DNA from: a virus
Virus record (IMG/VR): IMGVR_UViG_3300046459_000427
Span: 32,001 to 96,000 of that record
Length of the DNA: 64,000 nt
Reading direction: 5' to 3' (one strand)
The notes below the pieces were generated by a model that was given only the letters and a program-made list of their open reading frames with translations, ran no database searches and was not told where the DNA came from. A program made the position numbers and the translations under genes. Every line of letters begins with the position of its first letter. Positions within the stretch are counted from its first letter, which is position 1. This document shows, piece by piece, positions 8,578 to 17,021 of this stretch.

Positions 8578-9566
8578 GATCTCCTGTAGGGGGTGTTCCA
8601 GAGGGCCGCCTTGGCGAGTGCCATGGCAGCGTCATCGAGGGGAGCCCCGTACAGATCCGTTTCTTGTGCCTTGCGGGCCTCGGTCTCCGCTGTGGCGAGG
8701 GCGCTCAGGGCCTGGACGGTCCCGGCTTCCTTGTGTGCCTGCCAGCGGAAGTTGTAGTAGTCGCCGTAGCCCTCGCCGGTTCCGGAGAAGGCCATACGGC
8801 GGCTGAGGTGGATGTCGTCGAAGAGGGCCTTGGCCTGCTCGGTGACGATGCGCTGAGAGTCCATGGCGTTCTTCCAGGCCGGACTGTTCTCGACTGTCTG
8901 GGCGGCCTGGGAGCGCAGGAGGCCGTAGCGCTTGACGAGGAGTTCAGCCTGCTTCTGCTCGTCCTCGACGGCGGTCTTCCACTCGGCCGGGTAGAGGCTG
9001 CGGGGGTCGTCCGGCAGCTCGGGCGGGGTGATTTCCCAGCGGTCGGTGGTGAGGTTGTACGCCGCGTAGGGGTGAATTGCCGCGATGCTGTGGGAGGTCG
9101 TGCCAGGGTTCAGGTAGTAGGTGACCTCGTACGTCTGGCCGTGGAAGTCGGTATTGGCGGTGGACGGCCACAGATTCTGCTTGAGGTCGTTGTTCAGGAG
9201 GTCGGCGAATTCCGATTCGGAGATCCCCTGGAAGGTCGGGTTGGTCTCGTAGAACTTCGGGAAGTCGACGCCGAAGAGGACATCGAGGTCGCCGTTTCCA
9301 CGGTCTCCGGCCCACTGGTAGGAGATGCCGGATCCAGCGAGCCAGGCCGCTGACCAGGTACGGGAGCCCTTGTAGCGGGCGTCGAGGAAGTTGTTCAGGA
9401 TGCCGAGGATGTGGTCGCGCACGTCGGGCTTGATGTGCTTGCCGTCGAAGATGTGCGGGTCCAGTCCGCGCTGCGGCGTGCTGAAATAGCCGGATGCCCC
9501 CGAGTGAATGTCGGGCTGCGCTCCCTGGCTTACTGCTCGATTGAGGTAGAACTCGTATCCGGCCAT
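8574..9566 (-). CDS. Pol-beta superfamily nucleotidyltransferase
   Basis: WLAGSGISYQW...GDLDVLFGVD = GS...DxD motif; YEVTYY as likely third acidic strand. Confidence 0.75.
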   Translation of the reverse strand: MAGYEFYLNRAVSQGAQPDIHSGASGYFSTPQRGLDPHIFDGKHIKPDVRDHILGILNNFLDARYKGSRTWSAAWLAGSGISYQWAGDRGNGDLDVLFGVDFPKFYETNPTFQGISESEFADLLNNDLKQNLWPSTANTDFHGQTYEVTYYLNPGTTSHSIAAIHPYAAYNLTTDRWEITPPELPDDPRSLYPAEWKTAVEDEQKQAELLVKRYGLLRSQAAQTVENSPAWKNAMDSQRIVTEQAKALFDDIHLSRRMAFSGTGEGYGDYYNFRWQAHKEAGTVQALSALATAETEARKAQETDLYGAPLDDAAMALAKAALWNTPYRRS

Positions 9567-9573
9567 GGTTTCG

Positions 9574-9579
9574 ATTCTA
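9574..9579 (-). promoter_or_regulatory. -10 element, probable leaderless transcript of the nucleotidyltransferase
   Basis: TAGAAT 7 nt upstream of ATG 9566, no SD, directly after a terminator hairpin; no consensus -35. Confidence 0.45.
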
Positions 9580-9591
9580 GCTGGAATAGGG

Positions 9592-9626
9592 AAAGCCCCC
9601 GATTCTGCAATTGAATCGGGGGCTTT
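9592..9626. terminator. intrinsic terminator hairpin
   Basis: perfect AAAGCCCCCGATTC / GAATCGGGGGCTTT inverted repeat. Confidence 0.8.
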
Positions 9627-9643
9627 AGTAGTTGCTATTTCTC

Positions 9644-10030
9644 TCAGATCTTGAGAGAAGCGCGGAGTTGTGCCTCCTGCGCCTGCCGCTGCATCGCCTG
9701 GCCGACCGCCATCATCTGCTGCTGGGTACGCTGGGCCGTCTCCATGACGGTCAGGTCCTTCTGCACCACGGCGACGGCGCCGAAGATGTCGTCCGGGGTG
9801 GCTCCTCGCCGGGGGACGAACTTCTGGGTCAGGTCGCTGGTGGCGACGACTGCGCCGTCCAGGCCGACGGCGACGAGGAACGCGGTGGTGACCGGGGTGC
9901 CGATCTCGTCCTCGGCGGGCGGGTTCTCCTCCGCCATCTTGGCCAGGGCTGCCCGCTGCTCGTCGGTGAGATCGGTATGAAGCGCGTCGTCGTTCTTCGT
10001 GGGGGTCTGGCCGAGGATCGGGATGCTCAT
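9644..10030 (-). CDS. hypothetical protein
   Basis: ATG 10030 (MSIPILGQ) after GGAG. Confidence 0.75.
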   Translation of the reverse strand: MSIPILGQTPTKNDDALHTDLTDEQRAALAKMAEENPPAEDEIGTPVTTAFLVAVGLDGAVVATSDLTQKFVPRRGATPDDIFGAVAVVQKDLTVMETAQRTQQQMMAVGQAMQRQAQEAQLRASLKI

Positions 10031-10058
10031 GAGTGCTCCAGGTGTGTGTCGGGTGGGG

Positions 10059-10544
10059 TTACTTGTAGAGTCCGGCCTTTTCGCGGGCGCTCTGTACGAC
10101 CAGCGAGTGGACCGGGCAGAACTCGCAGAGGTAGCGGTCCTGGGCGGACTTGTACCTCGGCAGGCCTGCCGCCTTGCGCTCGGCTGCGGTGTCCGGCGTG
10201 AGGCGCTTGGAGCCGGTCTTGTAGTCCGAGCAGCCGGGGTTGCGTGCGTGGGCCTTCCAGCAGGCGTGTGCGTCTTCCTGGAAGGTGTTCTTCGCCTCGT
10301 AGAAGGAGGTGTCGAAGCCGGTGTGGCCGGTCTTGTCGCGGATCTGGGAGATGATCGCGTCGCGGGTGCTGGGGCTGTCCCAGTGCTTCTTCTCCACACG
10401 CAGCATCGGGTGCGCGATGTGGTTGGGGTGCTTCTGTACGAGCGCTTCCAGGAGGAAGTCGGCGCGGGGGTCGCCCTCGTAGTCGGGCAGTTCCTCCATA
10501 GACCCGCAGGTCTTGCAGAGAAGAAGCCGTATGTGCTCGGCCAT
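10059..10544 (-). CDS. hypothetical zinc-binding protein
   Basis: CKTC and LCEFCPVH motifs. Confidence 0.75.
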   Translation of the reverse strand: MAEHIRLLLCKTCGSMEELPDYEGDPRADFLLEALVQKHPNHIAHPMLRVEKKHWDSPSTRDAIISQIRDKTGHTGFDTSFYEAKNTFQEDAHACWKAHARNPGCSDYKTGSKRLTPDTAAERKAAGLPRYKSAQDRYLCEFCPVHSLVVQSAREKAGLYK

Positions 10545-10558
10545 GGTGTCCCTTCGAA

Positions 10559-11164
10559 TCAGTACCAGTTAGTGGCCTGGGAGTGTGCCCAGGCGGTGCA
10601 GGGTGTCCCGTATACCGCCTTGATGTATCCGAGTCCCCATCGTATCTGGGTTATTGCATTTGTTTGCCAATCCGAACCGGCGGAAGCCATCTTCGAACCG
10701 GGCAATGCCTGCGGGATTCCGTAGGCGCCGGAGGAGGGGTTTGTGGCGGTGACTCGCCAGTTCGACTCCTTCTCCCAGAGCAGTTCCAGGCAGGAGAACT
10801 GTGCGGGGCCGACCTGTGCGAGGGCGTAGGCCTTCGGGGAGGTCGTGGCGACGACGGCGCGTGTCGGGGTTGGTGACGCCCGGGGGGTCTTTGTGGGTTT
10901 TGGCTGGTGGGTCGGGGTGCTGCTCGGCTTCGGCTTGACGGTCTTGGTGACCTTGGGCGTAGGCGCCGGGGTGGTTGGGGGCGCCAGCTTGGGGCGGGTC
11001 ATGGACCGGTTGGCGGTGTCCGGAGCTGATCGGGTGACGGCGGGTGCGGCGGCGATGCCGTTGTAGTCGACGGGCTGGTCCTGGCCGGTGATGGAGATGG
11101 CCGAGACGGCAGAAGCCGTAACAAGGATGGCGGACGCTGCTGCTGCGGCTACGCGGTAGCGCAT
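10559..11164 (-). CDS. secreted lytic transglycosylase (SLT-like)
   Basis: signal peptide, Pro/Thr linker, CLELLWEKESNW...NPSSGAYGIPQALP...QIRWGLGYI...YGTPCTAW...WY. Confidence 0.9.
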   Translation of the reverse strand: MRYRVAAAAASAILVTASAVSAISITGQDQPVDYNGIAAAPAVTRSAPDTANRSMTRPKLAPPTTPAPTPKVTKTVKPKPSSTPTHQPKPTKTPRASPTPTRAVVATTSPKAYALAQVGPAQFSCLELLWEKESNWRVTATNPSSGAYGIPQALPGSKMASAGSDWQTNAITQIRWGLGYIKAVYGTPCTAWAHSQATNWY

Positions 11165-11257
11165 GCGGTTGCCTCACGTTCGGGGACGTTCTTGCTCCTA
11201 GAACGTAACATCCCCACTACGGCATTGGAAGCCGTAATGAGGATGACGTTATTCAGA

Positions 11258-12148
11258 TCACGCCTTGACGGTGAACAGGCCGCTGGCCGTGGCCAGCTTC
11301 GTCAGGGACTGAAGGCCCGGGGCGCCCTTGGCGTCGTTGCCCTGGTAGCCCTTCTTCCGGCGGAAGAGGTCGTAGGCGTCCTGCGTCTTGGTGCCCCAGG
11401 AGCCGTCCACCCACCTCGCGTCCAGGTAGCCCAGCGCCGACAGCGCCTTCTCGACGAGCAGGACATCGGCCTTGTGGGTCGTGTGGCCCGTGGCCGCCGG
11501 GAGATCGGCCTTGCGGGCCGCCACGACGTTGGAGACGTCCACGACCGGCTTGGCCGCAGGCTTCGGAGCGGGCTTGGCCGCAGGCTTCGGAGCGGGCTTC
11601 GGGGCGGCCGGAGTGGCCGAGGTATGAAGCGAAGGGTTCTGCGACTTCCACGCCGGGTCGGCCGACTCGATACCGCCCGGGTATTCCGGGTAGCCGTAGC
11701 CGTAGACGTGCGCATCGGTCCGGATATGGGTCTTCGAATAGACCCCGTCGCCTTCGGCTGAACCATTCACGTTCGTATTGCCTTCGACGGAATACACGTG
11801 AGTCGCGTCGAATCCGATGACGACCCCGGTGTGCTCACCGCCGCCCGGACCGTAGAAGACCTGCGCACCGATGGCGGGGTACTCGGACCAGCGCTTGCGG
11901 GCCTTGTACCAGGAAACGCCGGTAGCGCACGAGGCGGTAACCGGGTAGGAGCCCTTCGGCAGGCCCGCCGTCTGGAAAGCCCACGCCGCGAATACGGCGC
12001 ACCAGGCACCCTCGACGTTGTCGACCCATTCCAGGCCGGGGACCTTGTCGGCGTACTTCTCGTGGTTGTTCCAGTGGCCGTTGGAATAGCCCTCGTGGTA
12101 CCCCACCTCGGCCTTTACGACCTTGCTGAGAGTGTCGGTCAAAGACAT
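11258..12148 (-). CDS. endolysin (CHAP/amidase-like domain + peptidoglycan-binding domain)
   Basis: AWCAVF, GEHTGVV, SVEGNT catalytic motifs; PAPK linker; VDGSWGTKTQDAY binding motif. Confidence 0.9.
   Translation of the reverse strand: MSLTDTLSKVVKAEVGYHEGYSNGHWNNHEKYADKVPGLEWVDNVEGAWCAVFAAWAFQTAGLPKGSYPVTASCATGVSWYKARKRWSEYPAIGAQVFYGPGGGEHTGVVIGFDATHVYSVEGNTNVNGSAEGDGVYSKTHIRTDAHVYGYGYPEYPGGIESADPAWKSQNPSLHTSATPAAPKPAPKPAAKPAPKPAAKPVVDVSNVVAARKADLPAATGHTTHKADVLLVEKALSALGYLDARWVDGSWGTKTQDAYDLFRRKKGYQGNDAKGAPGLQSLTKLATASGLFTVKA
11547..11599. repeat. 24-bp tandem repeat encoding the endolysin PAPKPAAK linker
   Basis: GGCTTGGCCGCAGGCTTCGGAGCG x2 plus partial copy. Confidence 0.9.
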
Positions 12149-12150
12149 GT

Positions 12151-12399
12151 TCAGAATCCTGCCTGCGATGGTGAGGTCTCGACGTAGTTGGGGGTGTGCA
12201 CCGGCTGGCCGTCGGGACGGATCTTGACCTCGTCCTCATGGCGCCCGTACCACACGTCACTGAGGTCCAGGCGGGCCCGGGTCGTTGCGGAGGTCGTCAC
12301 GCCGATACCGCCACGGTCGACGATGATCTTCTTGTACTTGCCGTCCGTCGCGCCCTCGTTGAGTTCCGCGTTCATGGACCGGGACTGGGCGTAAGCCAT
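12151..12399 (-). CDS. hypothetical protein
   Basis: 82 aa ORF tightly packed with neighbours. Confidence 0.7.
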   Translation of the reverse strand: MAYAQSRSMNAELNEGATDGKYKKIIVDRGGIGVTTSATTRARLDLSDVWYGRHEDEVKIRPDGQPVHTPNYVETSPSQAGF

Positions 12400-12564
12400 T
12401 TACTTCGCTCGCTTTCCGTTACCGTTCGCGCCCCGGCGATCGTTGAAGATGGCCAGTGGCTTAGCGGCACCGGTCGAACCTTCTTGGACCGTGCGCTTGC
12501 TGTTGTCAGACATTCCAGGGCGCCGCTTGTCGTCGGCGCGGTGCGGCTTTCTGTGCTTGGCCAT
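12400..12564 (-). CDS. small basic protein (54 aa, not in ORF track)
   Basis: MAKHRKPHRADDKRRPG...KRAK; TGATG overlap upstream, stop abuts next ATG. Confidence 0.65.
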   Translation of the reverse strand: MAKHRKPHRADDKRRPGMSDNSKRTVQEGSTGAAKPLAIFNDRRGANGNGKRAK

Positions 12565-12854
12565 CAAAAGCCCCCAAGGGTCGGCCTTGAACTTCCAGAA
12601 TAGCCACCTATGCTGCCCACTCCGTTAGTCGGAGCCGGGAACTGGCTATTCACTGAGAGCACGTCCTCTATTCCGAGGGCCGTGGTCCGGTATCCGTACT
12701 TCGGAGGAAACAAAGGACGGACGACAGGGGCGGGCGCTGCCTGCATGGCGAGCACGTCGCCCGGGATATCGGCGACGCCGAGCGCGTCCGTGAGAATCCG
12801 CTCAGGAAGAGAGGCCCACGGACGCGTCCGGTCGTATATGGAATCCGCTTGCAT
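12564..12854 (-). CDS. hypothetical protein
   Basis: 96 aa ORF with TGATG coupling at both ends. Confidence 0.7.
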   Translation of the reverse strand: MQADSIYDRTRPWASLPERILTDALGVADIPGDVLAMQAAPAPVVRPLFPPKYGYRTTALGIEDVLSVNSQFPAPTNGVGSIGGYSGSSRPTLGGF

Positions 12855-14110
12855 CAGAACAACTTCTGCTGGCCCGGGTGGACCTCGGTATGAAGCCCGT
12901 TCTTGCCGTAGGTGTTCAGCGAGGAGTCGTGGTTGTCACCACGGCGCCGCTTCTCCTCCGACCACTGCGCGGACTGCATGTTGGTCAGGGAGTTCAGTCC
13001 GCGCTCCTGCATGACGTTGCGGGCGACGTGGTCGTGGAAGGCGTGGATGCCCTTGATACCCATGTACGCCTGCTGGCTGCCGGAGCCCTTCTTGTCCTCC
13101 AGGTGCGGCGCGAAGGCACCACCACCGGAGTGCGTGTCCGACACCCAGAACTGTGAGGAGCCGTGCGGGTCCACCCACGAGTTGTGATAGGCGCCGACCT
13201 TCTCACCGGCCGTCGGCTTCCATGCGTTCGACAACTGCTTGCCGTTGAGGACCTGGTGCGTCACGTCGATCGCCAGGGCGTGGTTACGGGGGTACCCGTT
13301 GGCCGGGTAGGCGCGGGTGTCGCCTTCCTTCTTCACCAGTTGCGTGAACTGCTTGCCCGACTTCGAGGTGACGGTCTTCTCCACCTTGTCCTCGCGCGGG
13401 ACGTAGTAGTCCTTGTGGTAGTGGTAGTCCTCGCCGGTCTTGCCGGATTTGGCCCACTGGATCGCGTGGCTGGCCGCCTGGTCGTTGGGGTAGACCGCCT
13501 TGCCCGTCTCCTTGTCCGGCCGCACGAACACGTTCTGCGGGGACGTGATGGCGTTCGCAGCGGCCTGAACGCCGAAGGGGACACCGTTCTCCTTGGCCGA
13601 GGTCTTCAGACGCGCACGCGGGCTCAGGGAACCGTCCCGGGTGTGGTCGTCGGCCGGGCTGTAGAACGAGTCGTGGTGCCCGCCCTCGTGCGCGTACGCA
13701 CGGTCGACCTGAGAGGCCAGGGCGCGGTGAGCGGAGTCGGGGGTAACACCGAACTTGGCGGCCGAGCGCAGCACGCGGGACTGCTCGGCAGGTGTGTGGT
13801 CCTCCCACCGACGGTTGACCGGCATCATGTCCCTGACCGGGTTCATGGTGTGCTGGCCGTGCCAGACATCAGACCCCTTCGGGCCCTCCAACTCCATCTG
13901 CCCGTGCAGGTTCGGAGCCTTGTCGGTGTTGCCCATCAGCCGGTACGACTGGCGGGGACTGGCTCCGGCTCCGGGCTTGTCCTGGATGGTCGTAAAGCGC
14001 TGCGGGTTGGCGGCCTCGTAGGACTGCCGCTTGGCCGAGGCGTCCTTGACGGTCTTGTTGTAGGCGCGGGTATCCGCAGCCTTCTGTGCTGGGGTCTTGC
14101 TCGCAGCCAT
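12854..14110 (-). CDS. putative DNA glycosylase-like (HhH-GPD-related) phage protein
   Basis: motif series AITSPQN...KVGAYHNSW...WVSDTH...MQSAQW recalls phage glycosylase-like helical domains; ends QQKLF. Confidence 0.45.
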   Translation of the reverse strand: MAASKTPAQKAADTRAYNKTVKDASAKRQSYEAANPQRFTTIQDKPGAGASPRQSYRLMGNTDKAPNLHGQMELEGPKGSDVWHGQHTMNPVRDMMPVNRRWEDHTPAEQSRVLRSAAKFGVTPDSAHRALASQVDRAYAHEGGHHDSFYSPADDHTRDGSLSPRARLKTSAKENGVPFGVQAAANAITSPQNVFVRPDKETGKAVYPNDQAASHAIQWAKSGKTGEDYHYHKDYYVPREDKVEKTVTSKSGKQFTQLVKKEGDTRAYPANGYPRNHALAIDVTHQVLNGKQLSNAWKPTAGEKVGAYHNSWVDPHGSSQFWVSDTHSGGGAFAPHLEDKKGSGSQQAYMGIKGIHAFHDHVARNVMQERGLNSLTNMQSAQWSEEKRRRGDNHDSSLNTYGKNGLHTEVHPGQQKLF

Positions 14111-14114
14111 CGGG

Positions 14115-14669
14115 CTACCTCCACTGGTCTGGGGAGTTGTGGGGAGACGCCGACGGCAGCAGCTTCCGCAGCCGTTCGGAGCGCACGGGGTCGATGTCGG
14201 CCATGACCTCGGCGATGCCGTACTTCTGCTGGAGAGCGGCCATCTCGGACGGGGACAGGGCGTTGACCTTGCCGCCGTGGGCGAGGCGTTCGGTGACGTC
14301 GCCCTTCTGTGTCCACTTCAGGCCCCGGGCCTGGTAGACCAGACCGGCCTGCGGGTTGACGGAGCCGACGTCAGGCCACGAGTAGTCGCCGGAGTCGATC
14401 TTGTCGCCCTTGTGGACGCCCCTTTGATAGGAGCGGTCGGTAAGGCGCTTCTGGACGCCCTTGAGCAGCCTGTCCTGGCGCCGGTCATTGATGGTGCCGA
14501 GATACCCGTCGGGATATTCGGCGGAAGGAACGCGACCACCCATGGCAGCGCGCCGGGCGTCCAGGGAATCGCGGAAGGAAAGAGCGTCTGCGCCTGCTCC
14601 GCCATTCGCACGAACCGGGGCGCCCGGCTGACCTATGCCCATAGGTGGCATGTATTGCCAGTTAGACAT
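14115..14669 (-). CDS. hypothetical protein
   Basis: 184 aa ORF; PSAEYPDGYLGTI, YQRGVHKG. Confidence 0.75.
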   Translation of the reverse strand: MSNWQYMPPMGIGQPGAPVRANGGAGADALSFRDSLDARRAAMGGRVPSAEYPDGYLGTINDRRQDRLLKGVQKRLTDRSYQRGVHKGDKIDSGDYSWPDVGSVNPQAGLVYQARGLKWTQKGDVTERLAHGGKVNALSPSEMAALQQKYGIAEVMADIDPVRSERLRKLLPSASPHNSPDQWR

Positions 14670-14682
14670 GGCTGCCTACGAC

Positions 14683-15024
14683 CTACATTCCCTGTCGGTA
14701 CTGACGCCGGAGGTAGAAGTCGCGGTTTCCGATAGCGGAGGGGACCACCACGGTGTTGCGCTGGACGAGTCCAGCCTCGGCAGCATTCGCCTGGTAGAGA
14801 ACTGCGGTCGGGCGCAGGGAGGCGCCGTTCCGCTCCAGGATGTTCGGGCGGTGGGAAGCGGTAGCCGCCTCCAGGAATCCACCCTTGGACTGGTTCTTCT
14901 TCGGGACGGACCGGCCCTTGATGGGCTTGGCCACATTCCCGACCCGGGACGCTGCGGTACCCATGGTCGGACGCAACGACGGGTCATTCGTCGTCACGAG
15001 GTTGTCGCTCTTCTTCTTCGCCAC
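14683..15024 (-). CDS. basic hypothetical protein
   Basis: GTG 15024 after AAGGAG (VAKKKSDN). Confidence 0.7.
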   Translation of the reverse strand: MAKKKSDNLVTTNDPSLRPTMGTAASRVGNVAKPIKGRSVPKKNQSKGGFLEAATASHRPNILERNGASLRPTAVLYQANAAEAGLVQRNTVVVPSAIGNRDFYLRRQYRQGM

Positions 15025-15034
15025 TTCTGGCTCC

Positions 15035-15313
15035 TTAGCCGCCGAGGGTTCGGTACGGGTTCTTGTCGATCCACAGCCGCTTGTCGTACGTCTGGGAGGA
15101 GGCACCATTCGCTGATGGCATTGATCCCCCGCCTATACGCCTTCGGTCGTAGTCCTGAGAGCCCAGACCGTTGGCGGAACCACGTACCTGGGTCTCGTCA
15201 AAGACTGAGGTCGGTGTGAATCGCTGGGTATGGACCGGCTGGGCCGACGGGTACTTTGTTTCCATGGCACCAGTCGAAAAGGACCCATTTCGTCCGTCCG
15301 ATACACCATTCAT
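15035..15313 (-). CDS. hypothetical protein
   Basis: 92 aa ORF, GGAGG RBS. Confidence 0.7.
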   Translation of the reverse strand: MNGVSDGRNGSFSTGAMETKYPSAQPVHTQRFTPTSVFDETQVRGSANGLGSQDYDRRRIGGGSMPSANGASSQTYDKRLWIDKNPYRTLGG

Positions 15314-15371
15314 TTCGCCTCCGTGGGATCCTTCCCAGTGTAAAGACGGAATGGCGGCGGTTTAGAACTCG

Positions 15372-15674
15372 TCAGTGGACGAGGATCCGCAGAAGGATCG
15401 CGCTGATTTCTCCGGCGTCGGGGGTGTTCACCGTGGTGAATCCGGGCCGGGTGTCGAGGACGATTCCCCGGGGTGCGACGAAACTGTTGGCGATAGCGAT
15501 TGCCTTGACGCCCTGATTCACCGCTCCGGCACCGATGGCTCGCAGGGTCACACGCTTACCGTCATAGACGGCGTGCGAGATGGCGCTGGCCACACTGGCG
15601 GCGGACGACGAACTCTTGACGCGGAGGATGACCTCGTTACCGGCCCCCTCGTCGGCGTCGAACTGAACTCCCAT
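15372..15674 (-). CDS. spoVS: stage V sporulation protein S (SpoVS) homologue
   Basis: ILRVKSSS...SVASAI...LRAIGAGAVNQGVKAIAIANSFVAPRGIVL...PGF...SAILL follows the SpoVS family along its length. Confidence 0.9.
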   Translation of the reverse strand: MGVQFDADEGAGNEVILRVKSSSSAASVASAISHAVYDGKRVTLRAIGAGAVNQGVKAIAIANSFVAPRGIVLDTRPGFTTVNTPDAGEISAILLRILVH

Positions 15675-15748
15675 TTGTGTCTCCTGTTGCTCCGATTTGC
15701 ATCACATTTTGAGAATACGGAGCAGCAGGAATCTTGTGTTAATGACAA

Positions 15749-15782
15749 CAGGCCCCGAGGTGTCGTCTTCACCCGGGGCCTG
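15749..15782 (-). terminator. hairpin terminator
   Basis: CAGGCCCCGAGGTG / CACCCGGGGCCTG inverted repeat. Confidence 0.65.
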
Positions 15783-15797
15783 CTGCGCTTCTAGTTG

Positions 15798-16205
15798 TTA
15801 CTTCTGGGAGATCCAGCGACCGATTTCCTGCGCCGGGGGGTTTTCGAGGTAGACCTTGGCGCGGGTGAAGAACTCCGGGTCGTCGCGTGCGTGGCCCAGC
15901 AGGTCATTGCACGGCCGACACAAAAGGCCCCGTACGAGCAGCGTTTTGTGGTCGTGGTCGACGGACAGCCGTCGGGTGGCGCCGGTTGCTCTGCGGCAGA
16001 TGGCGCACCGTCCGCCCTGGGCCTCGTACAAGGCGGTGTAGTCGCCCTCGCCGAGCCCGTAGGTGGTCTGTACGCGCTTCTCGTGGGCGGCCTTGCTGCG
16101 GCGCTTCTTCTCCTCGCGCCAGTGCGTGGCGCACCGTGGGCCGGGGTTGGGCGCTGGGCGCTTGCTCCCCGGCTCGCAGTCCTTGCAGACCTTGGTGTCG
16201 GTCAC
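15798..16205 (-). CDS. recombination endonuclease VII-like protein
   Basis: QGGRCAIC...LSVDHDH...VRGLLCRPCNDLLG; GTG start overlapping upstream stop. Confidence 0.9.
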   Translation of the reverse strand: MTDTKVCKDCEPGSKRPAPNPGPRCATHWREEKKRRSKAAHEKRVQTTYGLGEGDYTALYEAQGGRCAICRRATGATRRLSVDHDHKTLLVRGLLCRPCNDLLGHARDDPEFFTRAKVYLENPPAQEIGRWISQK

Positions 16206-16810
16206 GCGAAGGCCAGGATCTCCCTGACCTTGGTATGAAGGTCTTCGAGGGTGCCGTCGTTGACCAGGCGGACGTCGAACCACTTGTCCGGGAGGGGCTT
16301 CTCCGACTTGTGGTCGTTGACGGCGCCGATGCCGGGCCGGTCGATCTTGATGAGCAGGCCGAGGCGGGAGTCGATGGCGTGGTGCTCGTTCTCGAACCGC
16401 AGGTCGGTGAAGACGTACTTCTTGTTCTCGTCGAGGTTCTTGAAGGCGGCCTTGACCCACACGTTCTGGTCGATCATCTCGCGGCCGACCTCGGTGCCCA
16501 GGACCTGGAGCATCCGGCGGATCTCCTCGTACTGGCGCTTGGCGTCATCCCAGCCGAGGTTGTCCACGAGGTCCTGGACGCGGAGGTGGTAGCCGTACTC
16601 GTCGGTGATGATGATCGGGTTGAGGACGTACAGGGCCTCGCGGAGGTTGTCGGCGAAGGCGACGGCGGTGTAGCCGTAGTCGGCGAGGATCTTGGCGACG
16701 GTGTCCTTGCCTGCGCTCGGGTAGCCGTGGAGGCCGACGAACTGCGGGAGCCAGGACTCGATGATGTCGTGGCCGTCGGTGGCGGTGGCGGTGGCGGTGG
16801 CGGTGGTCAC
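16202..16810 (-). CDS. deoxynucleoside monophosphate kinase
   Basis: GYPSAGKDT P-loop, AFADNLRE, RRMLQVLGTEVGR, FTDLRFENE. Confidence 0.9.
   Translation of the reverse strand: MTTATATATATDGHDIIESWLPQFVGLHGYPSAGKDTVAKILADYGYTAVAFADNLREALYVLNPIIITDEYGYHLRVQDLVDNLGWDDAKRQYEEIRRMLQVLGTEVGREMIDQNVWVKAAFKNLDENKKYVFTDLRFENEHHAIDSRLGLLIKIDRPGIGAVNDHKSEKPLPDKWFDVRLVNDGTLEDLHTKVREILAFA
16777..16806. repeat. CGGTGG x5 microsatellite (Thr-Ala repeat at kinase N-terminus)
   Basis: five tandem hexamers. Confidence 0.85.
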
Positions 16811-16865
16811 TGGTTTTCTCCGTTGTTCGTGCTGCGTTCGACGGGGAGGGCGGTACGCGGGTTCA

Positions 16866-17021
16866 TCAGGGCATCAGGCACCGGGCGGGTACTTCCTTGA
16901 CGGGCGCCCATCCGAACCAGGAGCAGGGTGCCTCGGCCCTGAATACGAGGCTGCCTGCCACGAGGACGGCGACGGCGATGCCGAAGAGGAGGCCGATGAC
17001 GGAGTCGGTCTTTCTGCTCAT
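16866..17021 (-). CDS. small membrane protein (51 aa)
   Basis: MSRKTDSVIGLLFGIAVAVLVAGSLVF; TGATG overlap with thyX stop. Confidence 0.65.
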   Translation of the reverse strand: MSRKTDSVIGLLFGIAVAVLVAGSLVFRAEAPCSWFGWAPVKEVPARCLMP

